This document shows positions 10,370 to 22,427 of a stretch of DNA of 64,000 bases, piece by piece. Both the position numbers and the translations under genes were made by a program. Every line of letters begins with the position of its first letter. Within the stretch, counting starts at the first letter, position 1. Under the pieces are notes generated by a model that was not told the origin of the DNA, ran no database searches, and saw only the letters and a program-made list of their open reading frames with translations. This stretch comes from an uncultured Acidobacteriota bacterium (GTDB taxonomy: Bacteria; Acidobacteriota; JAQAZP01): positions 544,001-608,000 of the forward strand of contig CAWIIB010000009.1 of the NCBI GenBank assembly GCA_963836075.1. The letters are read 5' to 3'.

Positions 10370-10422
10370 ATATATGAATTTTTCTTGCTCCGCCAAAAAT
10401 TCATATATTCATGTACGTCCCC
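10356..10422. repeat. Perfect 28-bp inverted repeat (REP/MITE-like)
   Basis: GGGGACGTACATGAATATATGAATTTTT, 11-nt loop, AAAAATTCATATATTCATGTACGTCCCC. Confidence 0.9.
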
Positions 10423-10449
10423 GGGAACTGATACAGAGAGGACCAGTAG

Positions 10450-11541
10450 ATGCCACTGGAAGAAATCGGAAAATACAGCGTCAGCCGCCTGCAGGTGCTC
10501 GACGAGCAAGGCAAGGTGGATCCCGAGCTGGAGCCGAAACTCAGCGACGAACAGCTGATGTGGCTCTACCGCAACATGCTGAAGACCAGAAGAGGCGACG
10601 AGCGGATGCTCAAGCTGCAGCGCCAGGGCCGCATCGGGACCTTCGGCCCCTGCACCGGCCAGGAGGCCTCGATCTGCGGTACTGCACTGGCCATGGACGA
10701 AAAGGACTGGCTGGTCGGCTCCTTCCGTGAGAACGGCGCCCGGATGATGCGGGGCGAGCCGCTGATCAACCAGATGGCCTATTTTAACGGGTTCGAAGAA
10801 GGCAACTACTTCGAGGGGATGAACCGCATCACCCCGGTATCGGTCATCGTCGGGGCGCAGCTGCTCCACGCCACCGGCATCGCCTACGCCGCACGGTACA
10901 AGGGCGAAACCGAAACGGCCGTGGTGGCGTTCACCGGTGACGGCGGCACTTCGGAGGGCGACTTCCACGAAGCGCTGAATTTCGCCACTGTCTGGCAGGT
11001 GCCGGTGGTGTTCATCATCCAGAACAACCACTGGGCCATCTCCCACCCGCGGTCGAAACAGACCCACGCCAGGTCCTTTGCCCAGAAGGCCATCGGCTAC
11101 GACATGCCCGGCATCCAGGTGGACGGCATGGACGCGCTGGCCATGTATCGCGCAGTGAAGGAAGGCCTGGACCGGGCCCGCACCGGAGGCGGCCCGTCGC
11201 TGATCGAATCCGACTGCTACCGACTGATGATGCACACCACCGCCGACGACCCGACCAAGTATCGTGACGAGGCCGAGGTGGAAGCCGCCTGGAAACGGGA
11301 GCCGCTGATCCGCTTCAAGGCCTACCTTGAAAACAAGGGGCTCCTCGACGAAAAGGGCCAGGAAAAGATGGAAGGGGAGATCAAGGCTGAAATCGAAGCC
11401 ACGGTCAAGGAACTGGACCAGTGGAAGGGGGGCCCCGTCGATGCACCCTTCGAGCATGCCTTCGCCCACAAGCACCCGGAGATCGAGATGCAGCAGGCCG
11501 AATTCCTCGATCACCTGAGAAAGGAGGGCGCCAATGGCTAA
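10450..11541 (+). CDS. pdhA: Pyruvate (2-oxoacid) dehydrogenase E1 alpha
   Basis: [15 protein letters not shown] motif [17 protein letters not shown]...QNN, HTTADDP. Confidence 0.93.
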   Translation: MPLEEIGKYSVSRLQVLDEQGKVDPELEPKLSDEQLMWLYRNMLKTRRGDERMLKLQRQGRIGTFGPCTGQEASICGTALAMDEKDWLVGSFRENGARMMRGEPLINQMAYFNGFEEGNYFEGMNRITPVSVIVGAQLLHATGIAYAARYKGETETAVVAFTGDGGTSEGDFHEALNFATVWQVPVVFIIQNNHWAISHPRSKQTHARSFAQKAIGYDMPGIQVDGMDALAMYRAVKEGLDRARTGGGPSLIESDCYRLMMHTTADDPTKYRDEAEVEAAWKREPLIRFKAYLENKGLLDEKGQEKMEGEIKAEIEATVKELDQWKGGPVDAPFEHAFAHKHPEIEMQQAEFLDHLRKEGANG

Positions 11542-12515
11542 GCTGAATATGGTCCAGGCGCTGAACCTGGCGATGGCCCAGGAGATGGCCAGAGACAAGG
11601 ACGTGGTGATCATGGGCGAGGACGTTGGTGTGGACGGCGGCGTGTTCCGCGTCACCGACGGCCTGCTGGACACCTTCGGCGAGGAGCGGGTAATCGACAC
11701 GCCGCTGGCCGAGTCGGGCATCGTCGGTACCGCCATCGGCATGGCCATGGCCGGCCTCAAACCGGTGGCCGAAATCCAGTTTTCCGGATTCGCTTTCCTG
11801 ATGTTCCACCAGCATCGAGGGGCACGCTTCCCGCTTTCGCTCCCGGACCCATGGCCACTTGACGGTGCCGATGGTGGTCCGCATGCCTTACGGCGGCAAG
11901 GTTCGGGCCCTGGAACACCACTCGGAAAGCAAGGAAGCCACCTACGCCCATCTGCCGGGTCTGAAGGTGGTCATCCCCTCGACCCCGCGCAATGCCCGGG
12001 CGCTGCTGCTGGCCGCCATTCGCGACCCGGACACCGTGATCTTCATGGAGCCCAAGCGCTCCTACCGCGCCTTCCGCGAGGAAGTGCCGGAGGAGGAAGA
12101 GGTGATGGAGATCGGTAAGGCCCAGATCGTGGAAGAGGGCACCGACCTCACCGTCATTTCCTGGGGCGCCATGATGCGGCCCACCATCGCGGCCGTGGAG
12201 CAGGTGAAAGAAAAGCGCGGGACAAGCATCGAACTGATCGACCTGCTGACCATGGCCCCGATGGACGGGGCGACCCTCGTCGAGTCGGTGCGTAAGACCG
12301 GCCGCTGCGTGGTGGTCCAGGAGGCGGCCCGCTCCTGCAGCATCTCCTCTGAAATCATCGCCCGGATCAACGACCGTGAACTGCTCTACCTCGAGGCGCC
12401 GGTGAAGCGGGTCACCGGATATGACGTGGTCACCCCGTACTTTGCGCGCGAGGAGGCCTATATCCCCGGGCCGGAGCGGATCGTTCGGGGCATCGAGGAA
12501 ACCCTCGACTTTTAG
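11534..12515 (+). CDS. pdhB: Pyruvate dehydrogenase E1 beta, one-base frameshift near 11813
   Basis: [23 protein letters not shown]; continues in the shifted frame as [12 protein letters not shown]...EHHSES. Confidence 0.88.
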
Positions 12516-12524
12516 GAGGTCACC

Positions 12525-13883
12525 GTGTACGAGTTCATACTGCCCGATCTGGGTGAAGGCATCCACGAAGCCGAGATTCTCAAGTGGTATGTCCAGGCCG
12601 GCGACACCATCGTCGAGGACGAGCCGCTGGTGGATCTCGAGACGGACAAGGCCGCGGTCACCATCCCCTCTCCCAAGGGCGGGACCGTGCAGTCCCTGGC
12701 CGGTAAGGTGGGGGACATCGTCAACGTCGGCAACGTGCTGGCGGTGATCGACGATGGGAGCGGCGCCGCAGCCGCGCCGCCTGCCGAAGTGAAGGAAGAG
12801 GCGCCGGCCGCGGAACCGGCTGCGGCAGCGGCCGCACCCGAACCGGCACCTGCGGCAGCCCAAACGCCCGCCCCGCCGGCAGCCCCGGCGGCCGCGGTGA
12901 CGGGTCCGGTGCCCGCCGCACCGGCCACGCGCCGCCTGGCCCGTGAGCTGGGGGTGGAAATCAACCTGGTGCCGCCCACGGGGCCGGCCGGCCGGGTGAC
13001 CCCGGAGGACGTGCGCCGCTTTGCCGAGGGCGGTGTCGCCGACCCGGCCGACCTCCACGTGGAGGTCAAGGCCAAAGATGTTGGCGATGACGAGCGGGCG
13101 CTCAAGGAGTTCGCGGCCCACGCCGCCTCCACCATCCCGCTGCTCGACCTCGAGCCGCTGCCCGACTTCAGCAAGTGGGGCCCGGTGGAAACGGAACAGC
13201 TCCGTTCCATCCGCCGCAAGGTGGCACGGAAAATGGTCACCTCGATGATCCTGGTGCCCCACGTGGCCCACATGGACGAGGCCGACGTCACCCTGCTCGA
13301 GGAATTCCGCAAACGGGAGAAGGATCGCCGGGCGGGTACGCCGGGCGGACACCTGACCCTGCTGGCCTTCATCGTCAAGGCGGTCACCGCGGGCTTGCGG
13401 GCGGCCAAGGCCTTCAACGCCAGCCTCGACCCGTTCAAGGAGGAGATCACCTACAAGAAGTACTACAACATCGGCGTGGCCGTGGACTCGGGCAAGGGAC
13501 TGGTGGTCCCGGTGATCAAGGATACCGACCGCAAGAGCATCATCCAGATCGCGAAGGAGATCGAGGACCTTGCCCTGCGGGCCCGCGAGGGCAAGCTGGA
13601 GGTGGACGAGCTGCGCGGCGGCACGTTCACCATCACCAACGTCGGGCCGCTGGGCGGCACGGCAATGATCCCCACCATCAACTATCCCGAGGTGGCGATC
13701 CTCGGTATGGGCAGGGCCCAGCAGAAGCCGGTGGTCAGGGACGGCGAGATCGTGATCCGCACCCTGCTTCCCCTTACCCTGGCCTTCGACCACCGGATCG
13801 CCGACGGCGCCGACGCGGCGCGGTTCGTAACCGAGATGGTCCGCCAGCTGGCCGATCCGAACCTGTTGTTACTGGAGACCTAG
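12525..13883 (+). CDS. pdhC: Dihydrolipoamide acetyltransferase E2
   Basis: Lipoyl motif ETDKA, Ala/Pro linker, PATRRLARELG, DHRIADG. Confidence 0.95.
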   Translation: MYEFILPDLGEGIHEAEILKWYVQAGDTIVEDEPLVDLETDKAAVTIPSPKGGTVQSLAGKVGDIVNVGNVLAVIDDGSGAAAAPPAEVKEEAPAAEPAAAAAAPEPAPAAAQTPAPPAAPAAAVTGPVPAAPATRRLARELGVEINLVPPTGPAGRVTPEDVRRFAEGGVADPADLHVEVKAKDVGDDERALKEFAAHAASTIPLLDLEPLPDFSKWGPVETEQLRSIRRKVARKMVTSMILVPHVAHMDEADVTLLEEFRKREKDRRAGTPGGHLTLLAFIVKAVTAGLRAAKAFNASLDPFKEEITYKKYYNIGVAVDSGKGLVVPVIKDTDRKSIIQIAKEIEDLALRAREGKLEVDELRGGTFTITNVGPLGGTAMIPTINYPEVAILGMGRAQQKPVVRDGEIVIRTLLPLTLAFDHRIADGADAARFVTEMVRQLADPNLLLLET

Positions 13884-13911
13884 AAGCCTTCTCAAAAGTG
13901 GAGACCGAAAA

Positions 13912-15325
13912 ATGGTAATGGGCAGCCTGCGAGAGGAAACCGAACTGCTGGTCATCGGCGCCGGCCCCGGCGGTTACGTGGCGGCGATCCGCGCCGCCGA
14001 CCTGGGCCGGGAGGTGACGCTGGTGGAGGAGCGGGAGCAGTTGGGCGGCGTCTGTCTCATCGAGGGCTGCATCCCCTCCAAGGCGCTGATCAGTGCCGTG
14101 GAAGTGGCCGAATCGGCCAAGGCCGCCGAGCGGATGGGTCTCACTTTCGGCGAACCATCCCAGGACCTGTTCAAGCTCCGCCAGTGGAAGGACTCGGTGG
14201 TGGACGGCCTCACCGGTGGTATCCGCGGCCTGCTCAAACGGCGCGGCGTGCGAGGTGATTCAGGGCCGGGCCCGCTTCGACGGCAAGAACTCGGTGGCCA
14301 TCGAGGGCGGTTCCGGTGTGGATTTCAAGAACTGCATCATCGCCACCGGTTCGCGGATCAACCAGCTGCCCCCGGGATACGACCTGCCGCTCTGGTCCTC
14401 TGCCGAAGCGCTGACCCTGCCCGAAGTGCCGGAACGGCTGCTGGTGGTGGGCGGCGGGTATATCGGCATGGAGATGGGGCTGGTCTACGCCGGCCTGGGC
14501 TCACAGGTGACCATGGTGGAACTCTTCCCCCGTTTGCTGATGGGCGCTGACGAGGACCTGGTGGAAGTGGTGGTGAAGAGCTGCGCCGAGAAGTTCGAGG
14601 CGGTGCTCCTGGAGTCGAAGGTCGTTGCCGTGGAACGCGCGGAAAACGGGTACGCGGTGACCATCTCCCACGAGGGCGAGGAAAAGAAGAAGGAGTTCGA
14701 CCAGGTGCTGGTGGCCATCGGCCGGCGCCCGAACACCGACGACATCGGCCTGGAAAAAGCCGGACTGTCCACCAACGACCAGGGGCTGATCGAGGTCACC
14801 GCCGAAGGGCGCACCGCGGTGCCCCACATTTTCGCCATCGGCGACGTGGTGCCGGGGCCGGCCCTGGCCCACAAGGCCAGCCGCGAGGCCAAGGTGGCCG
14901 CCGAGGTGATCTCGGGTCTCAAATCATCCTTTGACAACCGGGCGGTGCCGGCGGTGGTCTTCACCCACCCGGAGCTGGCCTGGACCGGGATCACCGAGCG
15001 TGAAGCGAAAGAGGCGGGACGCCCGCTCACCGTGGGCAAATTCCCCCTGCGCGCCCTGGGCCGGGCCTGGACCATGGGCCAGACCGAGGGTTTCGTCAAG
15101 GTGATGTCCGACCCGGAGACGAACCTGTTGCTGGGGGTGGGCATGGTGGGCCCCCACGCCTCGGAACTGATCGCCGAGGCCACCCTGGCCATCGAGATGG
15201 GGGCGACGCTGGAAGACCTGCTGGTCACCATCCACCCCCACCCCACCCTCTCCGAAGCGCTGATGGAAGCGGCGGAAGCGGCGGCCGGGGAGGCAGTGCA
15301 CATCAACCCGCCGCGGAAGAAATGA
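13912..15325 (+). CDS. lpdA: Dihydrolipoamide dehydrogenase E3, one-base frameshift near 14251
   Basis: GAGPGGY, GGVCLIEGCIPSK; second frame has GGGYIG and HPHPTLSE. Confidence 0.9.
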
Positions 15326-15984
15326 TCCGTCCGCCGCGGGAGAACGTGGCGGGTCTGTCCATCGGGGCCTACGACCTGGACGACCCGCTGATCGAGGCCA
15401 CCATGGCCGACCGCCGGCCCAGGCATCGCCTGTACCGGCCGGATGGTGTGCAGGTGGTACTGGGCCGGGGCAGCCGGCCGGAGAAAGAACTGAATAGGGC
15501 GGCCTGCCTGGAAGACCGGGTGACCGTGCTGCGGCGCCACGGCGGCGGCTGCACGGTGGTGCTCGACCCGGGGAACGTGATCGTTTCCGCGGTGCTGCCG
15601 GTAACCGGTTTTGGCGGGAATCCGGGGCACTTTGCCCGGCTCACCAGCTGGCTGATCGGCGGCCTGGAGCGGGCCGGGGTCAGCGGTGTTCGCCAGCGGG
15701 GGATCAGCGATCTGGCCCTTGGCGAACGGAAGGTCGGCGGGGCCTGTATCTACCGCAACCGGGATGTGCTGTTCTACTCGGTGACCCTGCTGGTGGAACC
15801 GGACACCGGGTTGATGGAGCGCTACCTGGCCCACCCGCCGCGGGAACCGGAGTACCGCCGGGGGAGATCCCATGCGGATTTCGTCACCTTGCTGGCCACG
15901 GAGTTCCCCGGGATCGGCGGGACGGCGGGCCTGGTGGAGAAACTGGAACGGGAACTCGACATCCCGGCCCTGACCGGGGGTTGA
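15322..15984 (+). CDS. Lipoate-protein ligase family protein
   Basis: RRHGGGCTV, SDLALGERKVGG; adjacent to pdh. Confidence 0.8.
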   Translation: MIRPPRENVAGLSIGAYDLDDPLIEATMADRRPRHRLYRPDGVQVVLGRGSRPEKELNRAACLEDRVTVLRRHGGGCTVVLDPGNVIVSAVLPVTGFGGNPGHFARLTSWLIGGLERAGVSGVRQRGISDLALGERKVGGACIYRNRDVLFYSVTLLVEPDTGLMERYLAHPPREPEYRRGRSHADFVTLLATEFPGIGGTAGLVEKLERELDIPALTGG

Positions 15985-16113
15985 ATCCCGATTATAAATA
16001 TATGATAAGCTGTTGGGCGTTCGAGAGGATGCGGATTAATAGATATCCCTGCCGGATCCACGAGTTCACGCCGAGTTTTAGTTGTTGAACTATATATATA
16101 CATTTAGTAGCTG

Positions 16114-16716
16114 ATGTTCAGTAAAAAATTCGATCGGCGAGTCTACATCGCCCTGGCAACGGTTCTGTTTGCCGTCACCGTGGGCGCCTCCTTCGGAGCC
16201 TACGTCCTCTGGCCGTCGCGGCGGGAGGCGGGGTATATGCCGGACCAGCCCATCGCCTACAACCACAAGATTCACGCCGGCGATCTGAAGATCGAGTGCC
16301 TCTATTGCCACACCGAAGCGGACCGCGGGCCCCACGCCACCGTCCCCCCCCTCTCCACCTGCATGAAGTGCCACGAGGAAGTGCAGACAAAGGACGCGGA
16401 GGGCAAACTCGAGGCGGAAACCGCCAAACTTCTCAAATACTGGGAAAAGCAGGAGCCGGTGCGTTGGAACAAGGTCAACGACGTGGCCGACTTCGTCTAT
16501 TTCGACCACAGCCGGCACATGACGGAAATCGCCGATCTCACCTGCCAGGAGTGCCACGGGCCGGTGGAGACCTTCGTGCACATGAAGCGGCAATACGGGC
16601 TCAAGATGAGCTGGTGCCTCGATTGCCACAAGGAATCATTGACCGAGGATGACCCGCGCCGTGCCACCGGGCAGAAAACCCGCGCGGCCATCCATTGCTC
16701 GGCATGCCACCGGTGA
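16114..16716 (+). CDS. actA: Alternative complex III pentaheme cytochrome c
   Basis: N-terminal TM, QPIAYNHKIH, five CxxCH motifs. Confidence 0.92.
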   Translation: MFSKKFDRRVYIALATVLFAVTVGASFGAYVLWPSRREAGYMPDQPIAYNHKIHAGDLKIECLYCHTEADRGPHATVPPLSTCMKCHEEVQTKDAEGKLEAETAKLLKYWEKQEPVRWNKVNDVADFVYFDHSRHMTEIADLTCQECHGPVETFVHMKRQYGLKMSWCLDCHKESLTEDDPRRATGQKTRAAIHCSACHR

Positions 16717-16740
16717 GCGAAAAGAGCATCCAGGTGCCCC

Positions 16741-19731
16741 ATGAATAGAAGAAAAAATCAGCAGCAGGAACGGTGGGAACGGATCAGGGATGCCGAACTG
16801 CCCGCTCGCGAGGACAACCTCACCGCTCCGGATGAACTGAGCCGCCGCACGGTGCTCAAGGGGATGATGGCCGCCTCGGCAGCCCTGGCCTTCGGGGTCA
16901 CCGGCTGCGACCGTAAACCGCGGCGGCAGATCATCAGCCGCGCCCACCGGCCCGAGTTCCAGCCGCCGGCGGACTCGGTTTTCTATTCCTCCACCTGGTC
17001 CGGCGGGACCTACCCCTACGGGCTGATGGTCAAGACCGTGGGCGGGCGGCCGGTGAAGATCGAGGGCAGCCCCGAGCACCCGGTGAACGCCGGGTCCAGC
17101 AGCGCCCAGATTCAGGCAGACCTGCTCTCGCTCTACGACCCGGACCGCCTGCGCACGCCGCAACAGGGCGGGCAGGCATTGACCTGGGAGGAGGCCGACG
17201 CGCTGGTGGCCGAGGCCCTGCGGAGCGGCAACAAAACGGCGCTGGTCACCCGGTCTACCCTCGGCCCGTCGGAACGGGCGCTGGTGGCCCAGTTCCTCGA
17301 ACTCTGCCCCGGAGCGCGCCACTTTGTCCACGAAACGGCCCACGACGCTCCGCGTCGCAGCGCCTGGAACCGCTTCTACGGCGTCGAAGGCGAACCGCTA
17401 CCCCGCTTTGACAGGGCCCGGGTGATCCTCGGCCTCGACTGCGATTTCCTGGGCACCGATGGCGCGGTGCTGGAGAACATCCGCCGCTTTACCGAGGGGC
17501 GGATGTTGAATGAGGGCCACCCGGGCCAGACCCGGATGAGCCGTTTCTACGCTGTTGAATCGACGATGACGGTCACCGGCGGATGTGCCGACCACCGCCT
17601 GCGGCTGCTGCCCTCGGCCATGGCCCGGCTGGCCACGGCGCTCCGCGATGCCCTGGCCGGTGATGAAACGGCCCTGGATGCGCTGACCGACCTCCACGGC
17701 CTGGACCGCGTTCTGGTGGATGCCCTGCTGAACGACCTGCAGCAGAGCCGTGGTGCGGCCCTGGTGGTGGCCGGCGGCCACCTGCCCGAGGAAGCGCACA
17801 CGTCGGTGGCCTCGATCAACGCCATGCTGGAAGCCCCGGGGACAGCCCTGGAGTGGAACCCGGCGCCGGCGGCCCTGCCGGTGACCCCAGCGGCCGAGAT
17901 GGCGGCAGCGTTCCGAAACGGCATGGATGTGGCCATCTTCCTCGGTGTCAACCCGGTCTACGACTGGCCGGGAGGCGGCTTCGACGAGTTGCTGGACCGG
18001 GCCGCCCTCACCGTGGGGCACGGCCTTTACGCCGACGAGACGGTGTCAGGCTGTTCGCTCTCCCTGCCCAGCGCCCACACCCTCGAATCATGGAACGATG
18101 CGGAACCGCGGCCCGGCCTGGCCACCGTCTGCCAACCGGTGATCGCCCCGCTCTTCCAGGGCCGGCAGGAAGCGGAGTCTCTGCTCCGCTGGACCCAGGC
18201 CCTGGCGCCGGCGGACCACCCGGTGGCTGTCCACAAGGACTGGCACGACTACCTGAAACGGAACTGGCAGTCCCGAACCACCGTGGAGCCCCATGACTTC
18301 TACACCCCGGAGCAGGTGGCGGAGAAGGCTTGGGAAGAGGTGCTGCGCAGCGGCGGCATCATGGAGCAGACCGGGGCACCCTTCCCCATCATCGGCCTGA
18401 CCGAACCGGTCGAGGCGACGCCGGTGCCCACGGACAGCGGTTTCGAAGTGGTGATCCTGCCCCACAACGCGGTCCACGACGGACGCTACGCCAACAACGG
18501 CTGGCTCCAGGAACTGCCCGACCCGGTGAGCAAGCTGGTCTGGGACAACGCGGCCGCGGTCAGCCCGGCCACGGCCAGGGAGCTGGGCGTGGAGGAGGGG
18601 AACAACCTTTCCATCAAGGTGAAGGGAATGAGCATCACCGTTCCGGCGCTGATCCAGGCCGGCACCGCTGACGGTGTGGTGGTGCTGACCCTGGGACACG
18701 GCCGGACCCGCGGCGGCCAGGTGGCGGTGGAAGCCGCCGGGGTGAACGTCGCCCCGCTGCTCGGCGCCTCCGGCAGTTCTGCGCCGCGCCTGGTGACCGG
18801 CGCAGCGGTGAGCGCAGCCGGTGGCTCGGTGACCCTGGTGCGGACCCAGAAGCAGTTCGACCAGCATGACCGGCACATTGTCCGGGACACCTCGCTGGAA
18901 AAATGGGCGCGAAACCCCAAGGTGATCCAGGAGAGCCGGCACCTGCCCGACCCGGAATTCGACCTCTACGAGCCGGTGGACTACTCCAAGGGCCACAAGT
19001 GGGCCCTGGCCGTGGACCTCAACAGCTGTGTCGGCTGCGGCATCTGCGTCACCGCCTGCCAGGCGGAGAACAACATCCCCATCGTGGGCAAGGAGCAGTG
19101 CGGCAACGGGCGCGAGATGCACTGGTTGCGGCTGGACCGCTACCACGAGGGCGAACCGGAGAACCCCACGGTGCAGCAGCAACCGATGCTCTGCCAGCAC
19201 TGCGACAACGCACCGTGCGAGAATGTCTGCCCGGTGAACGCCACCAACCACAGCCCCGAGGGCCTGAACGACATGGCCTACAACCGCTGCGTGGGCACCC
19301 GCTACTGTTCGAACAACTGCCCCTACAAGGTGCGGCGGTTCAACTTCTTCCGCTTCCAGCAGGAACGCCTGCGGGACCCGGTCCAGGAACTGGTCTTCAA
19401 CCCCCAGGTGACGGTGCGCGGCGTGGGGGTTATGGAGAAGTGCACCTTCTGCGTGCAGCGGATCAACGCCGCAAAGCACCAGGCCATGGTGGCCGGACGG
19501 GAACTGGCCGAGGGCGAGATCCAGACCGCCTGCCAGCAGGCGTGCCCGGCCCGAGCCATCGCTTTTGGCGATGTCAATCGCCAGAAAGACGCCGTAACCC
19601 GGGCGCGGGAATCAAACCGCGCCTACCACGTGCTGGAAGAACTGAACGTGAAACCAAACGTCACCTACCAGGCGCGGATACGCAACCGCGCGGTGGATGA
19701 CCACACATCTGACAAGGATGGCCATCACTGA
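16741..19731 (+). CDS. actB: Alternative complex III subunit B (molybdopterin-oxidoreductase-like plus Fe-S domains)
   Basis: Tat motif SRRTVLK with lipobox VTGC; GRPVKIEG; C-terminal [43 protein letters not shown]. Confidence 0.93.
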   Translation: MNRRKNQQQERWERIRDAELPAREDNLTAPDELSRRTVLKGMMAASAALAFGVTGCDRKPRRQIISRAHRPEFQPPADSVFYSSTWSGGTYPYGLMVKTVGGRPVKIEGSPEHPVNAGSSSAQIQADLLSLYDPDRLRTPQQGGQALTWEEADALVAEALRSGNKTALVTRSTLGPSERALVAQFLELCPGARHFVHETAHDAPRRSAWNRFYGVEGEPLPRFDRARVILGLDCDFLGTDGAVLENIRRFTEGRMLNEGHPGQTRMSRFYAVESTMTVTGGCADHRLRLLPSAMARLATALRDALAGDETALDALTDLHGLDRVLVDALLNDLQQSRGAALVVAGGHLPEEAHTSVASINAMLEAPGTALEWNPAPAALPVTPAAEMAAAFRNGMDVAIFLGVNPVYDWPGGGFDELLDRAALTVGHGLYADETVSGCSLSLPSAHTLESWNDAEPRPGLATVCQPVIAPLFQGRQEAESLLRWTQALAPADHPVAVHKDWHDYLKRNWQSRTTVEPHDFYTPEQVAEKAWEEVLRSGGIMEQTGAPFPIIGLTEPVEATPVPTDSGFEVVILPHNAVHDGRYANNGWLQELPDPVSKLVWDNAAAVSPATARELGVEEGNNLSIKVKGMSITVPALIQAGTADGVVVLTLGHGRTRGGQVAVEAAGVNVAPLLGASGSSAPRLVTGAAVSAAGGSVTLVRTQKQFDQHDRHIVRDTSLEKWARNPKVIQESRHLPDPEFDLYEPVDYSKGHKWALAVDLNSCVGCGICVTACQAENNIPIVGKEQCGNGREMHWLRLDRYHEGEPENPTVQQQPMLCQHCDNAPCENVCPVNATNHSPEGLNDMAYNRCVGTRYCSNNCPYKVRRFNFFRFQQERLRDPVQELVFNPQVTVRGVGVMEKCTFCVQRINAAKHQAMVAGRELAEGEIQTACQQACPARAIAFGDVNRQKDAVTRARESNRAYHVLEELNVKPNVTYQARIRNRAVDDHTSDKDGHH

Positions 19732-21110
19732 TGAGTGAGAGCCGATCAGCACTGTCGCCGCTGGGCCTGTTCACCACCAGGGTGGACGCCCGCCGTATCG
19801 ACGAGGACGTCTACCGCCCGGTGGAATCGTTCCCCACCGGCCGCTGGTGGGCCGCCATCTCGGTGACCAGCGTCATGGCCCTGATCTTTGTCATCAGCGT
19901 CGGGCACACCGTGATCCGGGGCATCGGCACCTGGGGCAACAACGTGCCGGTGGGCTGGGGCTGGGCCATTGTCAACTTCGTCTTCTGGATCGGCATCGGC
20001 CATGCCGGCACGCTGATCTCGGCGATCCTCTTCCTGCTGCGCCAGCGCTGGCGCACCGGCATTGCCCGTTTCGCCGAGGCGATGACCATCTTTGCCGTGA
20101 TCTGTGCCCTGCAGTTCCCGCTGATCCACACCGGGCGGCCCTGGCTGGCCATGTTCTGGCTGATCCCCTACCCCAACGGGCAGGGCATCTACCAGAACTT
20201 CCGTTCGCCCCTGGAGTGGGACGTCTTCGCCGTCTCGACCTACGGCCTGGTCTCGCTGCTCTTCTGGTTCACCGGGCTGATCCCCGATCTGGCCAGCGCC
20301 CGGGACCGGGCGACCCACCCGTTCCGCAAGTTCGCCTACGGACTGCTCAGCCTCGGCTGGAACGGCAGCAACCGCGGGTGGAGCCACTATGAAAAGGCCT
20401 ACCTGCTCTTCGCCGGCCTCTCCACGCCGCTGGTCCTTTCGGTGCACAGCATCGTCTCCTTCGACTTTGCCGTGGCGGTGATGCCGGGCTGGCACACCAC
20501 CATCTTTCCGCCATACTTCGTCGCCGGCGCCATCTTCAGCGGGTTCGCCATGGTGGCCACGCTGATCATCATCATGCGCAAGATGTTCCGGCTGCAGCAC
20601 CTGATCACCGACAACCACCTGGAGCTGATGAACAAGATCATCATCGTCACCTCGATGATGGTCGGCTACGCCTACGCCATGGAGTTTTTCATCGCCTGGT
20701 ACAGCGGGGTGGCCTACGAGCGGTTCGTCTTCCTCAACCGGGCCATGGGCCCCTACGCCTGGGCCTACTGGATCATGGTCACCTGCAACGTGATCGTGCC
20801 CCAGCTTCTCTGGTTCAAGAAGATCCGCCGCACGGTGCTGCTGATGTACCCCATCGTGCTGCTGGTCAACGTGGGGATGTGGTTCGAGCGTTTCGTCATC
20901 GTGGTCACCAGCCTGCACCGCGATTACCTCCCTTCCAGCTGGGACTATTTCCGACCCACCTGGACCGATGTCGGGTTGCTGGTGGGGAGTTTCGGGCTCT
21001 TCCTGACCCTGATGCTGCTCTTCTGCCGTTTCCTGCCCACCATCGCCACGGCGGAGCTGAAGGCGGTGGCGCCCGGGGCGCAGCCGTCCCACGGAGGGAG
21101 CCATGACTGA
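19731..21110 (+). CDS. actC: Alternative complex III subunit C (NrfD family)
   Basis: [54 protein letters not shown]. Confidence 0.95.
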   Translation: MSESRSALSPLGLFTTRVDARRIDEDVYRPVESFPTGRWWAAISVTSVMALIFVISVGHTVIRGIGTWGNNVPVGWGWAIVNFVFWIGIGHAGTLISAILFLLRQRWRTGIARFAEAMTIFAVICALQFPLIHTGRPWLAMFWLIPYPNGQGIYQNFRSPLEWDVFAVSTYGLVSLLFWFTGLIPDLASARDRATHPFRKFAYGLLSLGWNGSNRGWSHYEKAYLLFAGLSTPLVLSVHSIVSFDFAVAVMPGWHTTIFPPYFVAGAIFSGFAMVATLIIIMRKMFRLQHLITDNHLELMNKIIIVTSMMVGYAYAMEFFIAWYSGVAYERFVFLNRAMGPYAWAYWIMVTCNVIVPQLLWFKKIRRTVLLMYPIVLLVNVGMWFERFVIVVTSLHRDYLPSSWDYFRPTWTDVGLLVGSFGLFLTLMLLFCRFLPTIATAELKAVAPGAQPSHGGSHD

Positions 21111-21702
21111 GCCGTTGAACAACACGGCCCCGGCCGTGGAAGAGCAGACAACCCAGCTGGGGCTGGTGGGCCTCTATGACGATCCGGACGCCCTGATCCG
21201 GGGCGCGGAAGAGGTGCGCAAGGCCGGCTACAAGCACTGGGACTGCCACACGCCCTACCCGGTGCACGGGCTGGACGATGCCATGGGGCTCAAGCCGTCG
21301 CCCATACCCTATGTCACCATCACCGCCGGGTTCATCGGCCTGGTGGCCGCCCTGCTGCTCACCGGCCTGCTGAGCGTCTGGCAGTACCCGATCCGCATCG
21401 GGGGCAAGCCGCTCTGGAGCTGGCAGGCCTTCGTGCCGATCTACTTCGAACTGTTCGTCCTCTTCGCCGCCCTGGCCACCATGGGCTCGGTGATCCTGTT
21501 CTGCCGGCTGGGCCGCTGGCACTCGCCGCTCCACGACTCGGAAGTGATGCCCGAGATCACCTGCGACCGCTTCGCCATCGTGCTGGAGTCCCGGGACGGG
21601 GCCTATTCCGAACCGGCGGCGCGGCAGTTGCTGGAGTCATCGGGCTGCGGCGACATCCGGCCGCTGGTGGTGCGCGAGGAGGAGGATGACGGGTTGATAT
21701 GA
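21103..21702 (+). CDS. actD: Alternative complex III subunit D (DUF3341)
   Basis: [27 protein letters not shown]. Confidence 0.92.
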   Translation: MTEPLNNTAPAVEEQTTQLGLVGLYDDPDALIRGAEEVRKAGYKHWDCHTPYPVHGLDDAMGLKPSPIPYVTITAGFIGLVAALLLTGLLSVWQYPIRIGGKPLWSWQAFVPIYFELFVLFAALATMGSVILFCRLGRWHSPLHDSEVMPEITCDRFAIVLESRDGAYSEPAARQLLESSGCGDIRPLVVREEEDDGLI

Positions 21703-22427
21703 TGCAGAAACTGCTGCAAAACATCCTGGACAAGGTCCTGCCCCGCTGGTCGCCGCTGATGTTCAAGGCGACGTTGATCACCCTGGTGGCGGCGGCCTTT
21801 GTCATCCCGCTGGCCCTGGCCGCCACACCGTTTATCGAGTTCTTCAACGGTATGGCCGCCCAGTCCAAGGGCAAGGCGCAGATGACCTATGGCCGTACCT
21901 TCGAGGAAGAGTTGCTGGTCACCCGCGAACCGGCGCCGGGGGCCGTGCCTCGCGGCTGGCGGCCCTACCCGCTGGCGCACCTCACCGAACGGATCGATGA
22001 GGCAAAAGCCGCGGACCCTGAGATGGACCCGAAGCTCATCTCCGAGATGGAGCTGGAAGCGGCACGGCTGGCCGGGGAGCTACTGGCCAACCCCGTTCCG
22101 CTCACCGAGGAGGGGTTACTCCGCGGCAAGAACCGCTATGACATTTTCTGCATCGTCTGTCACGGCCCCCGGGGGCAGGCCAACGGCCCGGCCACCGGGA
22201 CCAACCCGGTCACCGGGGTCCCCCGTTTCCCCGCACCCCCGTCGCTGCACACCGAGCAGGCGCAGGGCTACAAAGATGGGATGATTTACCACATCATCAC
22301 CCAGGGCATGGGCCAGATGCCCGGCTACTCGGACAAACTGTCCGAGGAGGACCGCTGGCAGGTGATCAACTACGTTCGTGCCCTGCAGCGGGCGATGAAC
22401 CCCAGACCCGAGGACCTCGAGCCATGA
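21699..22427 (+). CDS. actE: Alternative complex III monoheme cytochrome c
   Basis: YDIFCIVCHG, DGMIYHIITQG...MPGY, DRWQVINYVRALQ. Confidence 0.9.
   Translation: MMQKLLQNILDKVLPRWSPLMFKATLITLVAAAFVIPLALAATPFIEFFNGMAAQSKGKAQMTYGRTFEEELLVTREPAPGAVPRGWRPYPLAHLTERIDEAKAADPEMDPKLISEMELEAARLAGELLANPVPLTEEGLLRGKNRYDIFCIVCHGPRGQANGPATGTNPVTGVPRFPAPPSLHTEQAQGYKDGMIYHIITQGMGQMPGYSDKLSEEDRWQVINYVRALQRAMNPRPEDLEP

Noticed and set aside
11800-14260. Programmed frameshifting in pdhB and lpdA
   Set aside because: No slippery heptamer or homopolymer at either site; similar isolated insertions are scattered through the window.
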